Translations under genes and position numbers: made by a program | Origin: Promethearchaeota archaeon Loki_b31 | GTDB taxonomy: Archaea; Asgardarchaeota; Lokiarchaeia; Sigyniarchaeales; SOKP01 | Length of the DNA stretch: 55,959 nt | Assembly: GCA_005222975.1 (NCBI GenBank) | Contig: NJBI01000015.1 | Span: 1 to 55,959, forward strand | Direction of reading: 5' to 3' | In this document: positions 30,118-38,781 of the stretch, one piece after another | Layout of the letters: each line of letters starts with the position of its first letter | Position numbering within the stretch: the first letter of the stretch is position 1 | Notes under the pieces: generated by a model | The model's input: only the letters and a program-made list of their open reading frames with translations | Told to the model about the DNA's origin: nothing | The model's database searches: none

Positions 30118-32127
30118 ATGAAATTCTTCAAATTGTTTGAACCTTTGAAAATTAGCAATATAACCCTTTCAAATCGGATTGTGATGCCTGCAATGCATCT
30201 CGGCCTAGCTAACGACGGATTTATTACAAAAAAATTAACCAATTTTTATGTTGAAAGAGCGAAGGGAGGCGCGGGGTTATTAGTTGTAGGCGGATGTTAT
30301 GTAGATATATACGCAAAAGGATTACCGTCAATGATAGCGGTGGATGACGATAAATATCTTCCAAAATTAACTGAATTCACTAAAACAGTACATGATGCTC
30401 GAGAAAATGTTAAAATCTGTTGTCAGTTATATCACGGTGGTGCTTACGCTTTTCCACAAATTATAGGTCGGCAACCAATAGCACCTTCGGCAGTTTACAG
30501 TAAATTTAGTAAAACCACACCTAAAGAAATGACGCTGGAAGATATAAAACGAGAACAACAAGCATTTATAGATGCTACCATCCGTGCGAAAAAAGCGGGT
30601 TTTGACGCAGTTGAAATCTGTGCCAATGCCGGTTATTTGATGGATCAATTTATTTCTCCAAAGACTAATAAAAGAAATGATCAATACGGTGGATCTCTTG
30701 AAAATCGTTTGAGGTTTCCAATCGAAACAATTAAACTGATGAGATCTAGTGTACCTGATTTTGTTATTGGATATAGAATTTCTGGAGATGATTTTGTACC
30801 TGGAAGTAATACTTACAAAGAAAAAGCAATTATTGCCGAAGAATTAGGAAAATATTTAGATTACTTTAATGTTACTGGGGGATGGCACGAAACTAAAACA
30901 CCACAACTGACGATGGATGTTCCAGAAGGGTGCTATACTTATCTTGCAGAAAACATTAAGAAACATGTATCAATTCCGATTTTTTCTTCTAATAGGATAA
31001 ATACTCCCGAATTAGCCGAACAAGTATTAATGGCGGGCAAAGCTGACGCTATATGCATTGGCCGGGGATTGATTGCCGATCCATATCTTCCAATGAAAGC
31101 AAGTAAAGGCGAATTAAGAGATATAATGAATTGTATTGGATGCAATCAAGGATGTTTCGATAATGTTTTTAGAATGATGCCAGTAACTTGTTTAAGAAAT
31201 GCTCGCGCCGGAAATGAAGCTAGAACGGAACTTAAACCATTAAAAGAAAAAAAGAAAGTGATGGTTATTGGTTCTGGTCCAGGGGGATTAGAAGCCGCGA
31301 GAGTTGCTGCTATTAGAGGTCACGAAGTACATATCTTTGAAAAAGAAGATAAAATCGGAGGCTTATTAAATATAATCTGGGTACCGCCTGGAAGAAACGA
31401 GTTTAAAAGAATGATTGAAAATTATACTTACTGGATTCAAAAACATGGAATTCGTATGCATCTCCAACAAGAGGTGTCAATAGAAAAAGTAAAGGAATTT
31501 AATCCCGATGTAGTTTTTATCGCAACTGGTTCGAAACCAACAAGACCTCCTATAAAAGGCATAGAAAGAAAAAATGTTTATTGGGCTAACGATGTTTTTA
31601 GTGGAGATGCTCCAGTGGGTAAAAACAATGTAATAATTGGAGGAGGTGCCACCGGAATTGAATTAGCAATATTCTTAACTAAATATGGTGCACTAAGTCG
31701 CGAAGCCTTTGATTTCCTTACTTTTTACAAAGCATTAGAGACAGAGATAGCTTTAGAAATGCTCCATGAAGGAAGAAACCAAGTAACTGTGCTAGAAATG
31801 CTACCAAAACTAGGTTCTGCTTTAGGAAAAACCACGAAATGGGTGCTACTTGATAAATGCGACGCTTTAGGCGTAAAATTAATTACAAGTGTCAATATTC
31901 AAGAAATTGGAGATGATTATGTAAATTATTTAGACGCTGCTGATAAAGAACAAGTAATTAACAATGTTGATTACATATACTACGCTACTGGTGTGGAACC
32001 AAATGATTCTCTCTCTAAAGAGATTAAATTATTAAATATAAAGGTAGAAAAAATCGGAGATGTAAGAAAACCACAAACGGTAATGGAAGCAGTAGCTAGA
32101 GGTTATAAAATCGGAAATGTGATTTAA
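30118..32127 (+). CDS. fadH: NADPH-dependent 2,4-dienoyl-CoA reductase-like flavoenzyme (OYE domain, 4Fe-4S, FAD domain)
   Basis: NRIVMPAMH, ERAKGG, YGGSLENR, GWHE, CIGCNQGC...C, GSGPGGLEAA; OYE active-site region reads CANAGY. Confidence 0.82.
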   Translation: MKFFKLFEPLKISNITLSNRIVMPAMHLGLANDGFITKKLTNFYVERAKGGAGLLVVGGCYVDIYAKGLPSMIAVDDDKYLPKLTEFTKTVHDARENVKICCQLYHGGAYAFPQIIGRQPIAPSAVYSKFSKTTPKEMTLEDIKREQQAFIDATIRAKKAGFDAVEICANAGYLMDQFISPKTNKRNDQYGGSLENRLRFPIETIKLMRSSVPDFVIGYRISGDDFVPGSNTYKEKAIIAEELGKYLDYFNVTGGWHETKTPQLTMDVPEGCYTYLAENIKKHVSIPIFSSNRINTPELAEQVLMAGKADAICIGRGLIADPYLPMKASKGELRDIMNCIGCNQGCFDNVFRMMPVTCLRNARAGNEARTELKPLKEKKKVMVIGSGPGGLEAARVAAIRGHEVHIFEKEDKIGGLLNIIWVPPGRNEFKRMIENYTYWIQKHGIRMHLQQEVSIEKVKEFNPDVVFIATGSKPTRPPIKGIERKNVYWANDVFSGDAPVGKNNVIIGGGATGIELAIFLTKYGALSREAFDFLTFYKALETEIALEMLHEGRNQVTVLEMLPKLGSALGKTTKWVLLDKCDALGVKLITSVNIQEIGDDYVNYLDAADKEQVINNVDYIYYATGVEPNDSLSKEIKLLNIKVEKIGDVRKPQTVMEAVARGYKIGNVI

Positions 32128-32181
32128 AATCTTTTAAAAAACTTTTAATTTTCATTATTAAATATTAAAAAAAAAAATTTA

Positions 32182-33180
32182 TTGATTAAAGTGCAAGATA
32201 CCGGCTCCGACGAAGTGGACGAAAAAATAGAGCATAAATTATCTAATAATTTAAGAGGAATTAATGAACAATCACGAAATTACATTAGAGACATTGTAGT
32301 TTTAATCAATAGAGAAATTGGAATTAATAAAATTATATCTATTATTTTATTTGGAAGCCAGCAAGCAGATAACGATAATACTATTGTTTCTGACTGTGAC
32401 CTCCTCTTTATTTTTAAAAATAGAGTTTCAGATCATCATATTAAAGAAATTGAACGGTACTTTATCGCGTTAGAAATAAAACATAAGTTTAAAGAACCAA
32501 CTTCAAAACTAACTGGTAATGTATTAAGTGTTATACAGCAGTCAACTGGGATGTTCATAAGCCACTTTCTTACTAAACGAAAATATTGGGAACAAGCGGT
32601 CTTTTATAAGATTTTCCGAGTAAATAAAGTTTTCTCTGCTGTGTTTGCCCCTCGAAATATTGTTTTGAGCAATGTAATTCAGAATAGTACTATTTTGTAT
32701 GGCGATGATTTAAGAAATATTATTAAACCAAAAATCAAAATTTCTGTTCGAGAGATGTTTAGAAGTACCGTAATGAACCTATTTATTTCCTTTTTTGCTT
32801 TATTAATCGCACCGAAAAAAGAACTTAATTCAATAAAATACCAATTAGAGGCAATTAAATGGTCTTTAAAAGCTTCGAATTATTACTGTTTTGAAGACTC
32901 AGAATTGTTAAATACAATTGTCGAACGATTTATTTCGTTTGAAAAGCCTAAAGCCAAATTAAAAGCTAAAAATTTCTATTTTTCGTTTCTTGAACTAAGA
33001 AACCAACCGTTTAATAACTTAAAATTTATGCTACAGTGTCCCTTTAGGATCTTAAAGATTCACATTAAAGCAATACTTTTTAGGAAATTAACAAAATTAA
33101 CAAAAAGACAAATTTACGAAACCAAATTTGAAGTAAAGGAATACGACATATCACCACGGGATTTTCCATTACGATATTAA
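32182..33180 (+). CDS. Pol-beta-superfamily nucleotidyltransferase domain protein with helical C-terminal region
   Basis: SIILFGS...SDCDLLFIF (hGS...DxD) motif followed by ILYGDD. Confidence 0.7.
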   Translation: MIKVQDTGSDEVDEKIEHKLSNNLRGINEQSRNYIRDIVVLINREIGINKIISIILFGSQQADNDNTIVSDCDLLFIFKNRVSDHHIKEIERYFIALEIKHKFKEPTSKLTGNVLSVIQQSTGMFISHFLTKRKYWEQAVFYKIFRVNKVFSAVFAPRNIVLSNVIQNSTILYGDDLRNIIKPKIKISVREMFRSTVMNLFISFFALLIAPKKELNSIKYQLEAIKWSLKASNYYCFEDSELLNTIVERFISFEKPKAKLKAKNFYFSFLELRNQPFNNLKFMLQCPFRILKIHIKAILFRKLTKLTKRQIYETKFEVKEYDISPRDFPLRY

Positions 33181-33206
33181 TTAAAAATCAGTAAATCTAA
33201 AAATTA
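33099..33206 (+). repeat. Direct repeat copy 1 (108 bp; 3' end of the NTase gene plus downstream spacer)
   Basis: Aligns without gaps to 33649..33756 with 8 mismatches by manual count. Confidence 0.95.
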
Positions 33207-33587
33207 CAAAAATGTACTATGGAAAAATTCGTCAAAATCGCCGACAAACCCTCCTTGGTCGATAATTGCCTTTTCCTTGTGGTAGAAATCGCGATATTCC
33301 TGAGCGCATTGAGTACAGAACCAATGCTTTAAGGGGGCGTTGTAGACCATGTCTCTATCGGTTTGACGGCATCCAGGGCATAAACAAATCGAAGCCTGCA
33401 ACGCTCTATGTAGATCGCTGCGTTCGTTTTCAATTTTAATATATTGTAATGCAGGTTTATTCTTTACTTTCTCACGATGTAACTTCATCCATTTATCCAT
33501 AACAGCTTCTCGAATTAGTGCTCTTAAATTAAATGCGATTTTTTTGATTCGCTCGTTTTTGTAAGCGATAATTTTTTTATCTTTCAC
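33204..33587 (-). CDS. Small hypothetical protein with putative zinc finger
   Basis: CLCPGC...WFCTQC; visibly GC-richer than neighbours; lies between the two direct repeats. Confidence 0.7.
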   Translation of the reverse strand: MKDKKIIAYKNERIKKIAFNLRALIREAVMDKWMKLHREKVKNKPALQYIKIENERSDLHRALQASICLCPGCRQTDRDMVYNAPLKHWFCTQCAQEYRDFYHKEKAIIDQGGFVGDFDEFFHSTFL

Positions 33588-33648
33588 GTTAATTACATAT
33601 CCTTTTTTGTATTTAAACGTAATCTCTCACTACAATTATCGAAATGAA

Positions 33649-33756
33649 AACAAAAAGAAAAATTACCGAAACCAAATTTGAAGTAAAGGAATACAACATA
33701 TCACCACGGGATTTTCCAATACGATATTAATTAAAAATTAGTAAACTTAAAAATTA
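33649..33756 (+). repeat. Direct repeat copy 2 (550 bp downstream of copy 1)
   Basis: Core GAAACCAAATTTGAAGTAAAGGAATAC.ACATATCACCACGGGATTTTCCA.TACGATATTAATTAAAAAT shared with copy 1. Confidence 0.95.
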
Positions 33757-33867
33757 AATTCTTTAATGAATTAGAATTCTATAGATAGAATATTTTTATA
33801 TTATTAATGGTATATTAGTATTTAGTATCAAAAATAAAAATTTATTCTCAACAACCACTGTATTAAA

Positions 33868-34425
33868 ATGGAAAACGACGATATTGATATTAAGGAATTA
33901 TTTCTTGATATTTTAGCTATAGTAAAGTTCGAGCTTCGCTTCTATAAAGATAAAGAAAGCCCAATGTTCACTCGAATAGTCAAAACGAGAGTGTTCCAAC
34001 AAAAGCTTCAAAAATTAAGAGATTTCATCAATGCTTATTTTGAGATTATGTACAGAGGCGATGAAAGCCCAATTAATCAAGTTGCTTTGCGTACTCAACT
34101 TGATAATGTTGCGAGAATCACAAATTACTATAATGACCTATCTAGTTTCTATAAGGATCAAACACAAAACCTCATTACAAAAGAGAAACTTCTAAGTTTG
34201 ATTGATTACAGCCATATCGAATCCCTGTTTTTAGTGTTTACAAATATTCTGGACTGGGAGCATTACAAAAGCAGTCTAATCTTCCCACACGATAAGCAAA
34301 AAGAAAAACTTTTAAAAGAATTTCTTAGTAAACTTGCCAGTTCTGATATTAAAGAAGTTGAGGACTTAATCGACCTAGAACAAACTATTGATACTTTTGT
34401 AAAAAGCATAGAAGTGGAATTATAA
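33868..34425 (+). CDS. Hypothetical protein, probably alpha-helical
   Basis: 185-aa ORF with ATG start and an upstream AT-rich TATA-like region; no recognised motif. Confidence 0.7.
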   Translation: MENDDIDIKELFLDILAIVKFELRFYKDKESPMFTRIVKTRVFQQKLQKLRDFINAYFEIMYRGDESPINQVALRTQLDNVARITNYYNDLSSFYKDQTQNLITKEKLLSLIDYSHIESLFLVFTNILDWEHYKSSLIFPHDKQKEKLLKEFLSKLASSDIKEVEDLIDLEQTIDTFVKSIEVEL

Positions 34426-34641
34426 TCTCTTTAAAATTTATTGAAACTATTGTTAAATATGCCACATCAATATATTCTTTTTTATTCTTTGATATAAAGT
34501 AAAGAGTAAATTATTTTTTTAATATTCTGCATCGTATTTCTAAAAAAATCTATTATTTTAGAATTTCTTTATTCTCGTACGACAAATAGTTAAAAATGTT
34601 TTTATATTCGAATTTTCATGTAATAGTAAATATAATATAGA

Positions 34642-34672
34642 TTGAATCGATGAGATTCAAGAGCGCAAGCTC
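34642..34672 (+). other. Two adjacent perfect hairpins (candidate structured leader or small RNA)
   Basis: TTGAATC-GATGA-GATTCAA followed immediately by GAGC-GCAA-GCTC (GNRA tetraloop). Confidence 0.4.
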
Positions 34673-34716
34673 AAGTATTACGTGAATTCTTATATAGGTA
34701 TAGGAATATAACAGAA

Positions 34717-35019
34717 ATGGATTGTATAACCAATATCTTAGATTTTTACAATAACAAATCTAAGGACGAGGAAATAGACCTATCTCATTTCAATAAAGTT
34801 TGGCTAAGCAATCTCCTTATTAAGATCATGAAAAATTTTAACGAAGGGCGAACAAACGATTTAGAGCTACAAAATTGTTTAATATTGCTCGTAAATTTAT
34901 TCTCTAACGATGATAGTCCTGATTTTTATAATAAAAAAGGAAAAAATGTTCGAGAGCTATTGGATGACGATAGATCCAATTATATAAATATATTAAAATC
35001 AGAGTTTCGAAATAATTAG
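34717..35019 (+). CDS. Hypothetical protein
   Basis: 100-aa ORF with ATG start; no recognised motif. Confidence 0.65.
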   Translation: MDCITNILDFYNNKSKDEEIDLSHFNKVWLSNLLIKIMKNFNEGRTNDLELQNCLILLVNLFSNDDSPDFYNKKGKNVRELLDDDRSNYINILKSEFRNN

Positions 35020-35041
35020 AGAGAAGTAAGGTTCAATTAAT

Positions 35042-37324
35042 TTAAAAAACTTTTAATTCTTCTTCTTTAAATTTGTCATAATCGTTAAAAATAGCATCTA
35101 TTTCGCTCAATATTTCCTTAATGGCCGTTTTTGTCTTTTTATCTTGACCAAAAGTGTCTATAATCACTTTATATAGGTTAACATTATATTCCAAGGTTAG
35201 TTCTAAAATCTTTTTTAAATCATTCTCATTTATTCCTTTTTCTTCTAATTTTTTGAAGACACCCTCAATATCTTCTTTCAATTTATTTGTTGCGATTAAA
35301 ATACTAGAACATTTCTTGAACAAATCTTGCTCTTTTTCGTAAACAAAAAGATCTTCTTCTGTCAATTGCGAATTATCTGTAATCTCCTCTAATCTTTCAT
35401 TTAAAAGGCTTTTGACTCTCTCGTAAATCTTAATTGCTAATAGAATTTTTTCCTTACTTTTAATTAAGTCGTTTTTTCTTAATAATCGAGCTTCTATGAT
35501 TTTTAAATACGCGTCTTCGTAATAAATTTGAAGTTCCCCGAATGTACTTTTTTCTCCTTCAGCAATTTTTAAAATAATTTGTCTTAAATCCTCGTTAAGC
35601 ATATCTATTTCTATAGCAGATAGATCATCTAAATTAAGAATTTGAAATATTTGATTAGCCATAGTTTTAATCGATAACGCTTTAATATTCAATTCATGAG
35701 CCCTCTTCTCAATGTTAGTAATACTCCTAACTTCTCCTACTTTTTCGCAATAATTAAAAATCTTAATAGCGTCATCAAGTAATTTATTAAATTTTATTTG
35801 ATTAGATAATATGTAATATTTTGAATCTTGTATTTTTTGAATAGCTCTATCCATTTGGATTTCCAATTCGAATATATAATCTAATAAATTTACTTGCTTC
35901 CTTTCAGAAAGAATTTTAGACTTGTTTGCCATATCGACCTCTACTGATTTACCTGCGAAAAACCATAGTAGAGCAGAAGGTATCCAAAAAAAGATAGCAA
36001 AAATCATCATATTAAATACACTTCCAAGAATCGATATTAAAGTAAATGATATCAATAACGTAATTCCCTTTCCAACTTGTTCCGAAAGGCTAAAAAATGA
36101 GGTAGAAGTACCCTTATGTTCGGGAAGATTTACATCTACCATAACTGCATTCTTGTTAGAAACCCATCCTGTACTAAAGATCGAACCTATAAACCCAAAA
36201 ATGAAGTAATAAATGTAGCTCGGATAAATCTTAAAAATTTCAATAATTGTTGAAATTATATAAGAGGTAATCTCTTCAGTAGGGATTGGATCTGGATAAC
36301 TTAAATTAGTAACAAATTCGCTACTAAGAGTTTGAATAGAAAAAAGAGTTAAGAAGACAAATGGAATGCTTAGTATCATACAAGTTGTCGCTAATCGCGT
36401 TCTATTTTTTTTATTTATTCGAAATAAAATATCGCCAATATAAGACATTATCACGTTTCCCAGCAAGTACCCTATACCTAGTAAGCCAGCAAATATCGTC
36501 GCGGTTTGAAGCCTAATTTCGTTAGGCAATACGTTAAAGTAATGACTTGAAAGCATAGAAGTCATAAAATAAACTAAGATCGTTCCAGGAATGATCGCGA
36601 AAAAGCCTTGTATTATTAAATATCGATTAGTTTTCTTTTTTAAGATACTTGACAAATCTTTTTTTGAGATTTTATAGCTATACTCCAAGTTCATCTCAAC
36701 CATGTCCAATAGCTCGTTCTCACTAGCACCGCGCTGAGGGATTTTGACAAAAAATAAAACAAATACAATTATAATACTAATTCCAGATAACAAAAAAAAT
36801 GGAAATCTCCAACCTAGTATTGGTCCTACAAAAGAAGATAAACCTTGACCCACGCCATTGGAAACTGAACTTAGTATTGCAAGCGTACCAAACCATCCAG
36901 ACCTCTCATCAGGGGGAATCGCATCAGAAATAATTGAATAACCAACTGGCAAGACACATCCAAGCCCCATTCCACTCGCCATTCTAGAAATCAATAACAT
37001 TGAAAAATTTGTGGAAAAAGCAGTTAGTATCATCCCAAAAGTCCAAGAAAAAGCTCCTGCCATTATTACTTTTATTCTATCAATACGATCGGTATAATAC
37101 CCCCAAATTAAAGCAAACGAAGCACTAGTTAATAAAAAAAAGGCATCTGGAATTGCTATAAGCGCTTCAGGGATATTAAACTCAATCCTAATTACCCCAT
37201 AGCTCGGAATTAGCATGTTAGCACATGCTATTGACACAAATAGTAAGAACATGACTAAAATAATAGGGGCTAAGTCCTTTATTTTAATCCTTGTAAGTTT
37301 TGGCCTTCCTATAGCAATTACCAC
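35042..37324 (-). CDS. MFS transporter fused to a ~300-aa soluble helical C-terminal domain
   Basis: WGYYTDRIDR motif A, SDAIPPDERS and DVNLPEHKGT; residues ~460-760 are charged and helical/coiled-coil-like. Confidence 0.88.
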   Translation of the reverse strand: MVIAIGRPKLTRIKIKDLAPIILVMFLLFVSIACANMLIPSYGVIRIEFNIPEALIAIPDAFFLLTSASFALIWGYYTDRIDRIKVIMAGAFSWTFGMILTAFSTNFSMLLISRMASGMGLGCVLPVGYSIISDAIPPDERSGWFGTLAILSSVSNGVGQGLSSFVGPILGWRFPFFLLSGISIIIVFVLFFVKIPQRGASENELLDMVEMNLEYSYKISKKDLSSILKKKTNRYLIIQGFFAIIPGTILVYFMTSMLSSHYFNVLPNEIRLQTATIFAGLLGIGYLLGNVIMSYIGDILFRINKKNRTRLATTCMILSIPFVFLTLFSIQTLSSEFVTNLSYPDPIPTEEITSYIISTIIEIFKIYPSYIYYFIFGFIGSIFSTGWVSNKNAVMVDVNLPEHKGTSTSFFSLSEQVGKGITLLISFTLISILGSVFNMMIFAIFFWIPSALLWFFAGKSVEVDMANKSKILSERKQVNLLDYIFELEIQMDRAIQKIQDSKYYILSNQIKFNKLLDDAIKIFNYCEKVGEVRSITNIEKRAHELNIKALSIKTMANQIFQILNLDDLSAIEIDMLNEDLRQIILKIAEGEKSTFGELQIYYEDAYLKIIEARLLRKNDLIKSKEKILLAIKIYERVKSLLNERLEEITDNSQLTEEDLFVYEKEQDLFKKCSSILIATNKLKEDIEGVFKKLEEKGINENDLKKILELTLEYNVNLYKVIIDTFGQDKKTKTAIKEILSEIDAIFNDYDKFKEEELKVF

Positions 37325-37429
37325 TTAAACATTATTCTATTAATTATTAAATAGCAATTGGGAATTAAAAAAGCTTTCAAACAGCTAGAAATATACAAAG
37401 AAAGTTCGGAAAAGATGAATTTATGTGGT

Positions 37430-38116
37430 TCAATTCAGATTTAGGCAATATTCTAATGCGGCTTCTACATGAAGTTCTACTGTATCGAGTAATATTACAT
37501 CTGTATCATTTTGTTGGAGTATTAAAGGTAGTTCAGTGCATCCAAGAATAACACCATCTACCTCGTAGTTATTTACGATTTTTAAGAGCATATGTTTACT
37601 TTCCTTTGTAAACTTCCCGATCACTAACTCATCAAAAATAATTTTGTTTATTATATCTTGTTCTGAATCTAAAGGAGTTATGACTTCCATGTCTGATTTC
37701 GCGAAAAATTCTTGGTAAAATGAAGACTGCATCGTAAATTTTATACCCAATAATAGAAGCTTTCTTAAATTATCTTTTTGCGCTTTTTTAGCTGTAGCTT
37801 TTACAATACTAAGTATTGGGATTTTTGAAAGTTGAACTAAATCATTATAAACTGCATGAGGTGAATTTGCTGCCATGATTATAAAATCTACTCCCCCATT
37901 TTGTAAAGAATTAATGCCAGTCATCAAATAATCTACATAGATACCTTTATCATCACCCAATTCGTAATCGATTACTTTCTTAAAATTAAGGCTATAAATT
38001 AGAATTTCTGGATAATAGTAATCTTGGTATCTATCATAATACTTCTGAAGAATCAAATCGTAATATTTTATGGTTGATTCATGGGACATCCCACCTAGAA
38101 TTCCAATTTTCTTCAT
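37430..38116 (-). CDS. Aspartate/glutamate racemase family protein
   Basis: MKKIGILGGMSHEST, AANSPH and ILGCTELP motifs; GGAGG SD favours the ATG at 38116 over 38143. Confidence 0.9.
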   Translation of the reverse strand: MKKIGILGGMSHESTIKYYDLILQKYYDRYQDYYYPEILIYSLNFKKVIDYELGDDKGIYVDYLMTGINSLQNGGVDFIIMAANSPHAVYNDLVQLSKIPILSIVKATAKKAQKDNLRKLLLLGIKFTMQSSFYQEFFAKSDMEVITPLDSEQDIINKIIFDELVIGKFTKESKHMLLKIVNNYEVDGVILGCTELPLILQQNDTDVILLDTVELHVEAALEYCLNLN

Positions 38117-38223
38117 TTTACTTGAACCTCCGTTCCCATTCATTTCATTTAAAGCTCTCTAATCTTGATATTTTTTCATTCCTTTCAAGTTACGTTAAGA
38201 TTTTTTAACTTATAAATACATAA

Positions 38224-38470
38224 AATCTTCGTGAAATCGGTTTTCAGAAAAGAAAACATATTTTTGGAGGACCTTCTGCCAAAGATTACTTTTTAAGATA
38301 TTTGGCAGTTTTAATTGGAGGAATTCTTGGTTTTGTTGGAGCACTTGTACCTTTGGGTAATAATATAAATGTTACTCAAATTCCAATCACGTTTTCTGGT
38401 TCATTTTTGTTGCTGGATCCGATTTTAATGATTCTTGGTGGCATACTCGGATTAACTTTAAAAATAAACT
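38224..38470 (+). pseudogene. Probable fragment of a membrane-protein gene
   Basis: Open frame from 38224 (NLREIGFQKRKHIFGGPSAKDYFLRYLAVLIGGILG...ILGGILGL) with no good start; it degrades into low-complexity sequence and then the antisense of the tRNA. Confidence 0.4.
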
Positions 38471-38538
38471 ATCTATTTTTTTTATTTCCTTTTCTAAATT
38501 CAAATAAATTAAGAGAGATACTTAAATTAAATAAAAAG

Positions 38539-38641
38539 TGGAGCTGGGGGGATTCTCACATGACGGGTAAATCCCGCTTATTTATTGAACCCCCGGCCTT
38601 TCGCATGCCAAGCGAACGATCTTCCGCTAATCCACAGCCCC
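38539..38641 (-). tRNA. tRNA-Ala(GGC) with 31-nt intron in the T-loop (position 59/60; intron 38553..38583)
   Basis: Acceptor GGGGCTG/CAGCTCC with G3:U70 and A73; D arm GATT/GATC; anticodon arm TTCGC-TTGGCAT-GCGAA; T stem GGGGG/CCCCC; BHB motif at the junctions; CCA not encoded; T-tract follows. Confidence 0.93.
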
Positions 38642-38781
38642 ATTTAAAGATAAAAAATATTAATTCAGCATTATCGGACACATATAAAATCGTTAACTGT
38701 AGAATTTAATAATAATGGATTTTTAAAAAAAATTATGGTTTTTGAACTATTAAACTAAGAAATAAATAACAGATTTATTAT

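Noticed and set aside
33099-33756. CRISPR array or IS element
   Set aside because: Only two long repeats with one gene between them; no cas gene, transposase or terminal inverted repeats
34642-34690. Hammerhead ribozyme or C/D box sRNA
   Set aside because: It has CGATGA rather than CTGATGA or RTGATGA, with no GAAA core or CTGA box in the right place
38302-38709. 135-aa ORF in the track
   Set aside because: Its 3' part is the antisense of tRNA-Ala plus low-complexity spacer; only the 5' hydrophobic part looks like a gene remnant
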